From: Macrostomum lignano
Lineage: Eukaryota
Direction: 5' to 3'
Assembly (NCBI GenBank): GCA_002269645.1
Contig: NIVC01002846.1
Coordinates: 6,491 to 70,490, forward strand
Length of the DNA: 64,000 nucleotides
Positions 36,901-47,808 of this stretch are shown piece after piece; position 1 is the first letter of the stretch, and each line of letters starts with the position of its first letter. The notes beneath the pieces were generated by a model, which saw only the letters and a program-made list of their open reading frames with translations, was not told the origin of the DNA and did no database searches. A program made the position numbers and the translations under genes.

Positions 36901-39359
36901 GGTTTGCACTTGGAGACACAATGGATGGGCAGGATGGCCATGTTAATATTGAATGGATTTGCACTCAGAGACATGGTGGGTGGCCATGTTAATAATATTG
37001 GAACTTATACTATAGGCATAGCTATCATGTATATAATCATCAATATAAAATGTGTGTTCTGTAGGGCTCTTTCATATGCAAATTGTGGCTTAGTGGATAA
37101 GTTAATTGCCTTGTGATTGCATGAAAAGGTTTGAATCTCAATTGGTTAGAGTTTAAAAATTTTAAATTTCTTAAAATTAAATTAATTTATTTTTTTAAGA
37201 ATAACACTAAATCTTAAAGTGTGGCCACAATTATATATATATAGCTACAAAAAAGAAATTTTTTTCAATATATATTGGCCACACTTTGTCATGAGTTAAA
37301 CATTATACAGCCTTACTAAAGCTAGTGACATTTGTAGTGACATTTCCTACCTAACAAGGCAATAACTAAACTAAATATAGCCCAATAAGCTTTCTTAGTA
37401 CATAATATTAAGGCTAAATAAATAAACAATTAAAACACAATACCTATTGTCCCATCTTATAAATGACAAGGAAGGCTAGTAATGGGGTAGGCACTAGCTA
37501 CCCTCATACCCTTGGCTTTAATAAAGCTATATAATATTTAACTCATGACAAAGTGCAATCAATATGTATTGAAAAAAAATTATTTCTTTTCAATAGCTAC
37601 ATATATATATTGGGCCACACTTTAAGACTTAGTGTTACTCTTAAAAATTTAATTTAATTTGTTATTTTATCTTAATTAAAAAAACTTAAACAGTTCAAGA
37701 TGCAAAAATTTCTATTCACTAAAAAAATTTCAAACTAATAAAAAAACTAACCACTTGAGAATTGAACCTTTTTACATGCAATCACAAGGCATTGACTTAT
37801 CCACTTAGCTACCATACATGCGCAACCTTGTGAATCACTCGGCTGTTTCTACTGGCAACACACACATGTAAGTCGCTATTGGCTGAGAGCAGTCACGTGA
37901 CTACTATTCCATCCAATAGCAACTTATATGTGTATGTTGCCAATGAAATGGCTGGGTGAATCCCTAGGTTATGCTCAAGTATGTTAGCTACCATTGGCTT
38001 GTTAGAGAGCCCTATAGAAAATGCATTTTATATCAATGATCCATACTCAGGAATTTTCCCGCGTGCGCAAGCCACACTAAAATTTTGGCATGCAAAGTTG
38101 GCGTGCAAATAGGGGTCTCAAGCCACGCCTAAATTTTCAGCGTACAAGTTTTTTACTTGGCGTGTAACCTTGGCGTGCAATTACAAACTGACAGTATATC
38201 AACAAGTCAGATATAGATGTATACACTATATATATACAATATATAAAGTTAAACGTGAACAATTGAATTTGAATATTGATTAAACCAACTAGTTGAGGCT
38301 ACAGCCTAGCCTACAGCCAGGCCTACACTCTACAGCCTACATTAAAATTAAAATATCCAATAACTTCTAAACACTCTTATTTTGTGACTCTTGTAGACTT
38401 TTAGTTTATTTGTTTCTTGAAATGTGAAGAAAAAGTTTTTGATACTCACTATGTTCTTTGTAGCGAATTTCCTTTTTTATATAAACTTTGTTTAACGTAA
38501 ATAGAAAATTTATTTAAAAATAGTATCTAATACGGTTAATATTCAAATCAAGAATGCAAATACAATTTTTGGCGTACATGATTTTTGGTATTCAAGATTT
38601 TTGGCATGCAACAGAAACGTCATGTTAAGGGTTTTAAAAAATTGGCGTACATTGGCGTGCACCAAGGATTTTTCCATAAATTGATTCCTGTGTGCACTTG
38701 CCACCTTCCTGACTATGGTCAATGATTATAACCATGCCTATAAGCTCAAATATTATAGACATGGCTGCCATGCCTATAAGTTCTAATATTAAAGACATGA
38801 CTACTATGTCTATAAGCTCTATACTTATAGACATGGCCACAATGCCTATAAGTACTCCAAAAAGTTATTTGTTTGTAAAAGTAAAAGTAAATAAAAGATA
38901 AAAAATAAAAAGTTAAAGATAAAATTTTGTTGCACAATCTGTCAATTATATTTTTAGCTTAATTGCAAAATTTATAATATTTTTCTATAATTTTTCCATC
39001 CTAGCCTAGCATTATCTTAAAATTATAAAAATAGTCATTGGCAAAAATGCTTAGCAAAATTTAGCAAACTAAAAGACACTTGCCAAAATTAATCAGTCAG
39101 TTGCCAGTCATTAGGCCTAGTTTTGATAACCAAACTATTGTGGGGAGTATTATATTAGTAATGATATTGAATATTGTCATTGACATCAGTATTAATATGA
39201 TTAAAACAATATTATCTTAAATTTTAAAACATTCCTAATGTTTTTGCATTTGATTAGTATAATACAAATATTAAAACAAATTTAACCAACCTGATCCAAG
39301 CATTTTAGCTGTTCAATAGGATACACTACTTTATCACACCCAGCACACCTTTTGTCCAT
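30925..39359 (-). CDS. LASP1: LIM and SH3 domain protein (LASP): LIM, nebulin repeats, Q/P/Y linker, SH3; 6 exons
   Basis: Exons 39359-39291 ([23 protein letters not shown]), 34556-34462 ([30 protein letters not shown]), 34366-34279, 34198-34094, 32906-32307 and 31098-30925 (RCYRALYAY...[21 protein letters not shown]). All splice phases are consistent. Confidence 0.95.
31130..32030. repeat. 24-bp minisatellite (CACACCCCCAATTACACCTGACTG)n in LASP intron 5
   Basis: Direct reading; it explains the GVQSGVIG and CAVRCNWG ORFs. Confidence 0.95.
32350..32690 (-). repeat. Coding 18-bp tandem repeat encoding (Y/H)QQQPQ in LASP exon 5
   Basis: It lies inside the spliced frame between the nebulin repeat and the SH3 domain. 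Confidence 0.9.
32960..34040. repeat. 31-bp minisatellite (GGGTGAGACTGACACTTGAGGAACATCC[A/G]GT)n in LASP intron 4
   Basis: Direct reading. Confidence 0.95.
36150..36990. repeat. 46-bp minisatellite (GCACTTAGAGACACAATGGATGGCCATGTTAATATTGAATAGGTTT)n in LASP intron 1
   Basis: Direct reading; the units contain no CpG. Related degenerate units occur at ~35380-35460, ~36005-36110 and ~38730-38860. Confidence 0.92.
37035..38040. mobile_element. Decayed inverted-repeat element with tRNA-like A/B-box segments and an internal hairpin
   Basis: 37085-37320 is approximately the reverse complement of 37510-37815. Outer ends 37035-37070 and 38005-38040 also match. There is an internal palindrome at 37845-37935 centred on CACGTG. 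Confidence 0.65.
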
Positions 39360-42074
39360 AACAAAACTTTGTGTTTAATCAATCAATAAAAAATAATTGC
39401 AAAACTGAAAATAAGCAACAAAAAGCAAAACTGTAGCCACAACAGCACAGCACAGTGAACAGCTTAGTATGCAACAGACATTAGGAGACTAAAACAAGTC
39501 GTAAGCTAAACTAGAACTTTTATGTATAAGCTAAATTGTTAATTGAAGGGCAGGAAGTCAAATCAACCCTCTATCTATAGCATGCAGCAGAAACGTAAAA
39601 ATGTATGCAAATAGCAGAGAGCTTAGTTTAGGCAGCAGGAATAATTAATTAATTCTAGGTTGGGTTGGCCAACGTCCTTAAGATCGAAATAATGTAGGTG
39701 TGGTCAAAGCCCCGCCCTTTTCTAAGATTTATAATAGTAAAACAAAAAGGTGACTTTTGGGTCGATACATTTGATCGTAATCAAACACAATTATTGATGC
39801 ATCCAATTTTATAATGCTCAAAAAACAGTATTTATGCACCAGTAAACGTTGGGAACGTTTTCAATTGCGACTATTTATTTTAACCACTTGAAAGAACAAT
39901 ATTTCATGGCATGTGATGAGCCACACAACCACCGAGCTTACACTTACACATCGGTGCCTTCGAGATCGAAATGAGTACTTAAGGACCACTAAAAGTTGCC
40001 GTTGAAACACCGTTAATTTAGTTATTCCTGTGAGTGAGCATGCAGTTAGCTGCTGGTAACAAATTTCCCAAGAATTTTATCAGAATTTTCCTGATCCTAC
40101 TAGAAGGTGCTTCTTGTTGTGTACGTATTGCAAAGGCATGCAATGCGTAGGGATAGTTCGGGGACAGCGTTTCAAGAAACTTCCACCGCGGACTTGTTTA
40201 CGCATAGTTCCAGAAGTTTCCTCCCCCGGTCTTTCTAGAACTTTCCTTCCCCGCGTGTATAAATATACGAGCCGCCCTCCTATTGGCCAAACCCTCTTTT
40301 GGTGCCACTGGGCGCCCGGATAATTATCTATCTAGTTTCTGCGTTCGTTAATTCAACAACAGAACACTTCTAACATGGTAATTTGCATTCACCATCCAGT
40401 ATCATAGAATAATTAGATGATTGATATACAATATGTTGGGAAAATCTATGGTAAAAGTTAAATGCACGTACGTGTAGTGTTATGTACATATACATGCATG
40501 AAAATATTACAAATTGCACGTGACATGTACGTGCAATTTAGTTCATGTAGTTCATGGCCTACAAAATTTATAGGACATGTAGTAAACACGTACACACAAC
40601 ATATGTTTCAGTTTTACATGTTGAAAAAATTCCTATCACCTCATCATCAAATGAATTAGGCCACATATTTAAAATGATCGCACGTAACGGCTTGCAGATA
40701 TTTTTTGTCGCTTCGTGAGATGTGCATGGTTTTATAGTGCGTTGTGACGATAGCCATACGTGCGTACGAGAGAATAATCAAGAATGCAATGACGAAGAGA
40801 ACCCGCGGCGATTGATAAGTCTGAATGGAGTTGGTAATGCATGGGCGCTGTCACGCAAAGAGAACCATTTTTTCTAACGAATACGGTACAATTCTTTAAA
40901 AATTCTTTCAAGAAACAATGTACATGTGTAAACATCGCCTTACACATACAGTTTGCATACTTCTGACACAGCTCTCACGTAGCAGTTCATTGCCGTTTAC
41001 TCTTGGGTTGTACGGCAAAAGTACGATCGTACATGTAGTATTTTGTATGTAGATATGGATTGATCTCCGGTACACTTAAATTGCTCCCCTAGCTCTTTGC
41101 TATTGTGTCCTAGCTTTTGTCCTCTGCCTATATCAGCTGTAATAAAAAGTGAGACTAAAGGCATTACTCGACAAGAGCAGACCGCAGTTGTGATCAATAT
41201 ACATGTAGCCTTATTAGTAGAGCTGTAAAAATTGAGCGAGGCTTGCAATTGTATTTTTTATAAAATTCACAACTCTCAGCACGATTCCTATAAAATTATA
41301 GGATATGGAGTAGTTCTTTGACTGCACTGCACTGCACTGCATCCATAACTCATTTGCTAGTGAAAACTTTATTTGAAAAGGCCCATTCTTCCTCGAAATG
41401 CATTAATGAGGCGTACGCTGCTTGAGAGCTCTTGCTTTATACTTTAGATAATATCGAGGCTCGTCGATTAGTCTAAAAAGCAGATCGGATTCCTAATCTT
41501 GATAATGCATTCCAAATCAAAAATAGGTCTCATATCGGCTGCTGGTTTCTCATATTAAGAGTGACATGCTGGTCCTTGGTGGAAGCTGCACTCTCAGTGT
41601 GGTTACAGTGCATGTATGTCAGAAAGTAAATCGTTGGAATTCTACACTCAGATAAAACACATTTGTTAGAGGAAATGGAAAATAAACAATGTTCAAAAGG
41701 AGATTAAAAACGAAGGGAAAAAGGTTAGTAAAACAAATTAAAAGCCGCACAATCCAGTGTGTTACGCTGAAGAAAAATTTCGTTTTCAAGTCAACGACGA
41801 GTACATTGTACGCTAATTGAGCCGCTGTAAAACAAATACACGTGATGCTAAATGTATCAGACCCGAGATGCAATGTATAACTATTTGTTATGGTCATCAT
41901 GCTATGTAAGCCTGTAGTATTTCAGAATTTTTTCTTGACTACGAGCGTAAAATATATATACAACAAACTTGGTTAGCCTGGATGTCCCATTAGCCTACGA
42001 TAGCTTCGTGCCTGCAAGCCTCGCTGATCTTCGTAATTTCACACCTTGCTTTCTCGGCATCATTATTCACTCCT

Positions 42075-45000
42075 TCACATGGCAGTCATGTTCTCCATGG
42101 CATAGTTGGGAACGCCGTTGTGGTGGTGCTGCTTCATGTGGTTGAACCGGTCGTAGTTGATGGCCACCTCCGGCAGCATCTCGGAGGCACCGATTTCTGG
42201 CACGGCGTTGTCTGTTAAAAACGAAAAGTGGAGCCAGGTTTTATTGAACTTCGGGAGTACTGTGTCTGAGAGCTGCATTACTGCAGTATAAGTAATTTGT
42301 ATTCCAGGGGATGAAAAGAAACTCAGACTGAACTGCACTAATCGTCCTTCTCACCTTCCTTCCAGCCGTGGCCGTAGGCAGTCAGAGGATAGGCCATCTC
42401 GCCGTGCTTAGGGAAATCCAGACCTGAAATTGGGAAACGTTAGGAAAAGACTCTATGAACTTTTCACGCCCTCACGACCAACTTTTATGTGCAGCGTTGA
42501 ACCAGAGGCTTCAGGAAGCCTTTGAACAAAGGAAACTCTCACCTTTGATCTCGTACTCCCTGCTGACTCGGAACACCTTGAGCAGGCGAAGTGCCGAACA
42601 CGATGATGGAGACGCCGCCGCTCCACGCCGTGATGGCCAGAACGCCGACGAGCTGCACGGCCAGGTCGAGTCCGCTCTGCTGGTCGAAGGTCATCACGAT
42701 GCCCCGGCTGCGGTGCAGGAAGGCTACCGCGATGACGCCCCAGAGACCTCCGCCGTAGTGCACGGCCACCGCGTCAAGCGGGTCGTCGATCTTGAGCGCC
42801 AGCAGCAGCATGGACCAGCAGGTGTAGGAGATGGCGGCGAAGAAGCCGATGATGCAGGCGCCCCACGGATAGACGACGTCGCAGCCGGCGCAGATGGCCA
42901 CCATGCCGGCCAGGCCGCCGTTGATTGTCTGCAGCAGCGACCAGTGCGGTCCGCGGATGCGCCCGAGCAGCAGGGTGGCAAAGGCAGCGACGCTGCCGCT
43001 GAGGATCGTGTTGACCATCGCGATGGCCACGACAGAGCCGTCTCCTGAATTCGAGATCGATAGCTGGCTGCCGCCGTTGAAGGCGAAGAAGCCGAAGAAC
43101 AGGATGAAGCCGCCGAGAGAGGCGAGCGGCACCGAGTGGCCGCGGATATCGAGCGGCTTCTTGGTTTCGTCGTCGAAGCGTCCGATTCGCGGGCCGAGGA
43201 TGGCCGCCGCCACGAAAGCTGCGCAGCCTCCGGTGACGTGGACGACTCCGGAGCCGGCGAAATCCTGGAGATTGGAGACATTTCATCAGGACTTTGAATT
43301 TGAATTTGAGTGGAAAGTCGTTTTTGTAGGAAAATACATAATTTTGAGTTGCTTTAAGTTGTTTTGACTACTCAGATCCTACATTCTAGAAAGAAAGTTT
43401 GAGTCCAAGATATTATTAGGGGCAGGGAACTATGCAATCCACTCACGTGATAGGTAGAAACCAGGCTGCCGTTCTGAGCCTTGATGCCGATCGAGAGCCA
43501 GCCAATGTCGCCGTCCCAGGCCCAGTGCGACACGATCGGGTAGACGATGCCTGCGGTGCCGGGGTGTTGTTGGCGGTGTGACTTTGCAAATAGATTCTCG
43601 CAATTGGTCTCATTTTTATTTTTGTGGCTCGTATTTTATGAAATCACTGAACAGGGCGGGGCGTATAGTCATAGCTTGAGTCAGATTTTCGAACAGTACG
43701 AATTAAAAGTGCAAAGAGCGCAACCAGAGCCGGTAAATGCAAGTCGATCCATACAGAGCTGCGTTAGTGCCACGTTACACATGTAAAGGGCTCTCGGCAA
43801 CTGCTTATTCAGTGCCTCGGAAAGTTACGCTTGGTCTGGCAGCATCCGTTTCCTCTCCATGCCTTGTGATCGCTATAAACCTGGCCATCTGCCCTACTGT
43901 CTGTGCATAATTAATGCTGAAAACCGCGCCAACGACTTTAGGCGTCGCCTCCCTATGCGTCTCGTTGCCCCTCACTTCCGCCCGCTCCCACATGAAATAC
44001 GCGATCGTGACTCGCGTGATGAAAACAAGCGACACTGCACTGCTCAAAAAGAAGCCAGCTCAGTAGTTATATTTGCATTAATATCTATCTACGGTATACT
44101 TCTAAGCATAATTAATATTGTTAGCGAGTCTTAGTTTATGCAGGTATGCTGAGAAAAAGATAGAAGGCATCCTTACTTCTATTTCATTGCGACAGCACAG
44201 CGCTCCTTCATGCTTTGATAGGAGCGGTGTGAGAACAGCGAGAGATAAAGAGAAAAGAATGCAGATACAGCTTTAAAATGTTGTGGGGCATAAAATCCGT
44301 TTGCCTCAGAGTGCGTTTCACGCAGAGGTCAGAAGAGTATTGCAGCAAAAACTCAAAACTTGATTGCTAGTCTAGCAAGCCGTGCAAAATGCATTGTGAA
44401 GCGGATTGAAAAGGCTCGAGTATGGAGTATGGAACTTGCTAGTTGGCCTTCCATCTCTGCCTCATCTCTCTGAGCGGCAACTTCTCTACTCTGGCGGTTC
44501 GGTCCTTCTTTTATTGTTCACTTTTAGCCAAGGCTAAGAGCTTGCAATCTGCAGCCTTTCCTGGGAAGGGGGGACGCTGCAGTCGTATTTGTTATTGCAG
44601 CGCTGGAAACTGGCGAACACGAGACCAAACCAAAAGATGGGCTGGGCAGGGGCGAGGGCTTTGTCACAATTGTGTGCCTTTTGGAAAATTTCTGTTTACT
44701 AAAGACTAAAGAATGCAACTCCGGGGCTGCTCTACATACGATGTCTGTCTGCCCGCCTGCTTAAATATATCTGCAATGCTGGGCGGGCAGGGGGCGGTGC
44801 AATGGGTGGCGCGACCCCCTGTGCAAGTACAGCTGATACTAAAAATCCAAAGAAACGTTAAACAAAGAAGAAAAGAATTATTTTACTCCGTTGCTACTAG
44901 TCTTAACAGTCGTTTCAATCTTTGCGGGCCTTCGGTATCTGTGTCGTTTTCTTCAACAGTGACAGGGTGAAACAAGTCGCCAAGGATGTAATTTTATCTA

Positions 45001-45567
45001 TTATGTTTAGGGAAAGCTTGGGACTTCTTGTATTACTCGCTGCTGTTGAATTGTTGATTGCTAATGCAGACATTTATATTTGTGTAATACTCGTAAATAG
45101 ACAAACGGAAAAGAAGGCTGCTCACCCGTAATGATGAAGGAGTAGGTGATGTAAGCCAGGAACTCGCACCTCTCTGCTACAGCACCGGAAACGATCGTAG
45201 CGGCAGTGGCGGCAAAGACGAACTGGAAGAACCAGTGGGAGAACTTCGATTCGGGCAGGTAGGACATGGCAAAGTAGCCGCTGCCGCAGAACGGGTTTCC
45301 GTTCGGAGCTCCGAACGCCAGGCCGTAGCCGATTACGTAATAGGCGATGCCGCCGATGAACGAGTCCAGGATGTTCTTGATCAGGATGTTTGTAGTATTT
45401 TTCGAACGTACGGCGCCCGCCTCCAGGAAGGCGAAGCCGCACTGCATGAAGTACACGACAATGGCCATGGTGCACAAGAAGAAGGAGTCCAGGGATTCGT
45501 TGGTTCCCCGGATCTGCGTCTTCAGCTCCTGTAGAGTTCCGTTGAGTAATTCGGCAGACGAAGCCAT
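42075..45567 (-). CDS. amt: Ammonium transporter (Amt) copy A, 5 exons, with a 2-nt deletion near the end of exon 3
   Basis: Exons 45567-45126, 43550-43447, 43264-42543, ~42421-42354 and ~42211-42075. Motifs MQCGFAFLEAG, FQFVFAATAATIVSGAVAER, DFAGSGVVH, GFFAFNGGS and DDPLDAVAVH. Exon 3 is 722 nt versus 724 nt in copy B. Confidence 0.9.
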
Positions 45568-46869
45568 GGTGCGTCTTGCTGGTAAACAGCAAAATGAGAG
45601 TCTCGATCAGCCCAGTTCAGGTTGCAACCGCCCTTCTACTCTGCTTTTCAGACTATTGAATTGTCGAAGCAAGTACGTTTTTTTAAATAGACAAACGCTG
45701 CAGCCATTGGTCAAGAAGCCCATGCGGCTCATACGGGAGAGGAGGGTGAAGTGAGAGGGTAGGCTGTTCAGTGTATGCAGACGCAAGCACGAGATCTGGT
45801 CGAAATAAAGCCGCGTGCAGTGAGTTAACTGCGCACACAAAACCCCCATCTCCCACCTCCGATTAATTATTAGCGATCTGAGAAATTCTGTAACTATCAA
45901 GCCGCCGACTCACCAATTAAGGAGAAAGTTTAAGAAATAAAATAGCTCGTAGTTATGAATTTTGTTACGTAGACCGACAGCTCCAACTCTCAGTACGATG
46001 GATGGAGGGTCTCGACTATAGCTAAGGGTGGAGCTCAATTTAGTACTTGTGCCTTGTGGCTTGTAGCTTGAGTAGCAAATCGCTTCTTACCTACTCGCTT
46101 CAGAATAGTTATACAGCTGATTCTCGATTTCACCTTGCATAACTACCTCCCGTGAGGCTTGTACTCGTTTGATGACTGATTTGTCCAGCGGATACTAAAA
46201 ACACCCTAGGAGCATTGACAGAGCGATTGCAACTTCAGCTCACTACGCTGACGCAATGACACTGTTTTCCAGCCTAACTCAGACGCACTGGGTCTGGGGT
46301 GGCGGTTCTCAATGTTGCTGAGTGTACTTTAGCAGCTCGATTGATTGCTCGATGCAATTTGTGTTTGTGCAAGTACCTAAGTTAGACGCAATATTCAAAG
46401 TAGCTTTAACAAAACAAAAGAAAACTGATCATTTACTTGATGCTGTAAACGTTTCATTTAGTTATGGGAAATTGATCATTTTGTGTAGCTGGTGATAGAG
46501 TTATTTTTCATTCCCTTTGCTTCAAGATCGATTGATTAAGCATAAAACAGATGCAATTAAAACAAGAACATCAACATCTAATAGATGCATGTACACTCAC
46601 GGACACACACACTCCGTGGGTGTACATAAAAGACCATAATTACTATACCTAGATGTATTTTCAGCTACTAACATGTAGCTCGTAAGCTGGTCGTTAAATT
46701 GACTTAAGCCACAAGTGACATGCGTTGTAGGGTCTTCGCGGGCAATATTTTCTCTCATATTACAGACGTGAAGAGTAGGCTAGTGTAATTAGTTAATTGA
46801 GGTAAAAAACCTGACGGGCAAACGTCTGGTGGGTAAACATCCAGCGGGAAATCGAGTATATGCGTCGGC

Positions 46870-47115
46870 GGGCAACGTCCGGTGAGCAAACGTCCGGTGA
46901 GCAAACTTCCGGTGAGCAAACTTCCGGTGAGCAAACTTCCGGTGAGCAAACTTCCGGTGAGCAAACTTCCGGTGAGCAAACGTCCGGTGAGCAAACGTCC
47001 GGTGAGCAACGTCCGGTGAGCAAACTTCCGGTGAGCAAACTTCCGGTGAGCAAACGTCCAGTGAGCAAACGTCCAGTGAGCAAACGTCCAGTGAGCAAAC
47101 GTCCGGTGAGCAAAC
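46870..47115. repeat. 15-bp tandem repeat (AAAC[G/T]TCCGGTGAGC)n, probably the subterminal array of a MITE
   Basis: Direct reading; flanked by a duplicated aaacatccagcgggaaa at ~46836 and ~47113. Confidence 0.85.
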
Positions 47116-47808
47116 ATCCAGCGGGAAAATTTCTCACAGGCAAAGACAAACGGGGTGTATCTCGCTTTGCTGTTCAAACATTATCTTATAGATTAATCGA
47201 GAAAACTGATCTGGGTAGCTTTAATCCGTTCGACCCTCGCGCACCGCTCCTCCCACTTCATTCCTCAACCCCAGTCTGCCGTGGCGTAGCTGAGTTGCGT
47301 CACTCGCAGAGATTGAGAGACTTGCCTGCACTCTCAAAAGTGGCGACCACAGACAGAATCTTCTGTGATGGCGATTTTTCGATGATTTTTCAGAAACGAA
47401 TTGACCTGGGTCGTTCTATTAGGCCCCTTTTTTGGGGGGGGGGGCAAAGTCCCTTTATTACGCGTATCTGCAGTGTTCTCTGGACCCTGCAGGCATTCTC
47501 GCGCCTGATGCAGCTTGATGTAAAATGCGTAAGATGAAGGTGCTTAAATAAAGTTTGTTTGAGACTAGTTCGTGTATAAGGCAAGCAGCATTGTGGAACT
47601 CGCAGTAAATAGTAAGTAATTTATTGATTGCCGATAGTGTAAATTAGTTATTGACATGACATGACTGATTTCTTTTTAGTGTCCACGCACTTTTATCTTC
47701 TGAAGCTACAGGCGGAGTAGGTGCATAAAATCCTAATAAAATAGAAGACCTGTTACTATTTTTCACTATCACTGAGTTAATGGTTCACTCATCGTCGAGC
47801 TTTCGAAA

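Noticed and set aside
29815-37000. Regular 24-46-bp repeats that could be mistaken for CRISPR arrays
   Set aside because: The units are head-to-tail with no unique spacers, there are no cas genes, and the context is eukaryotic introns.
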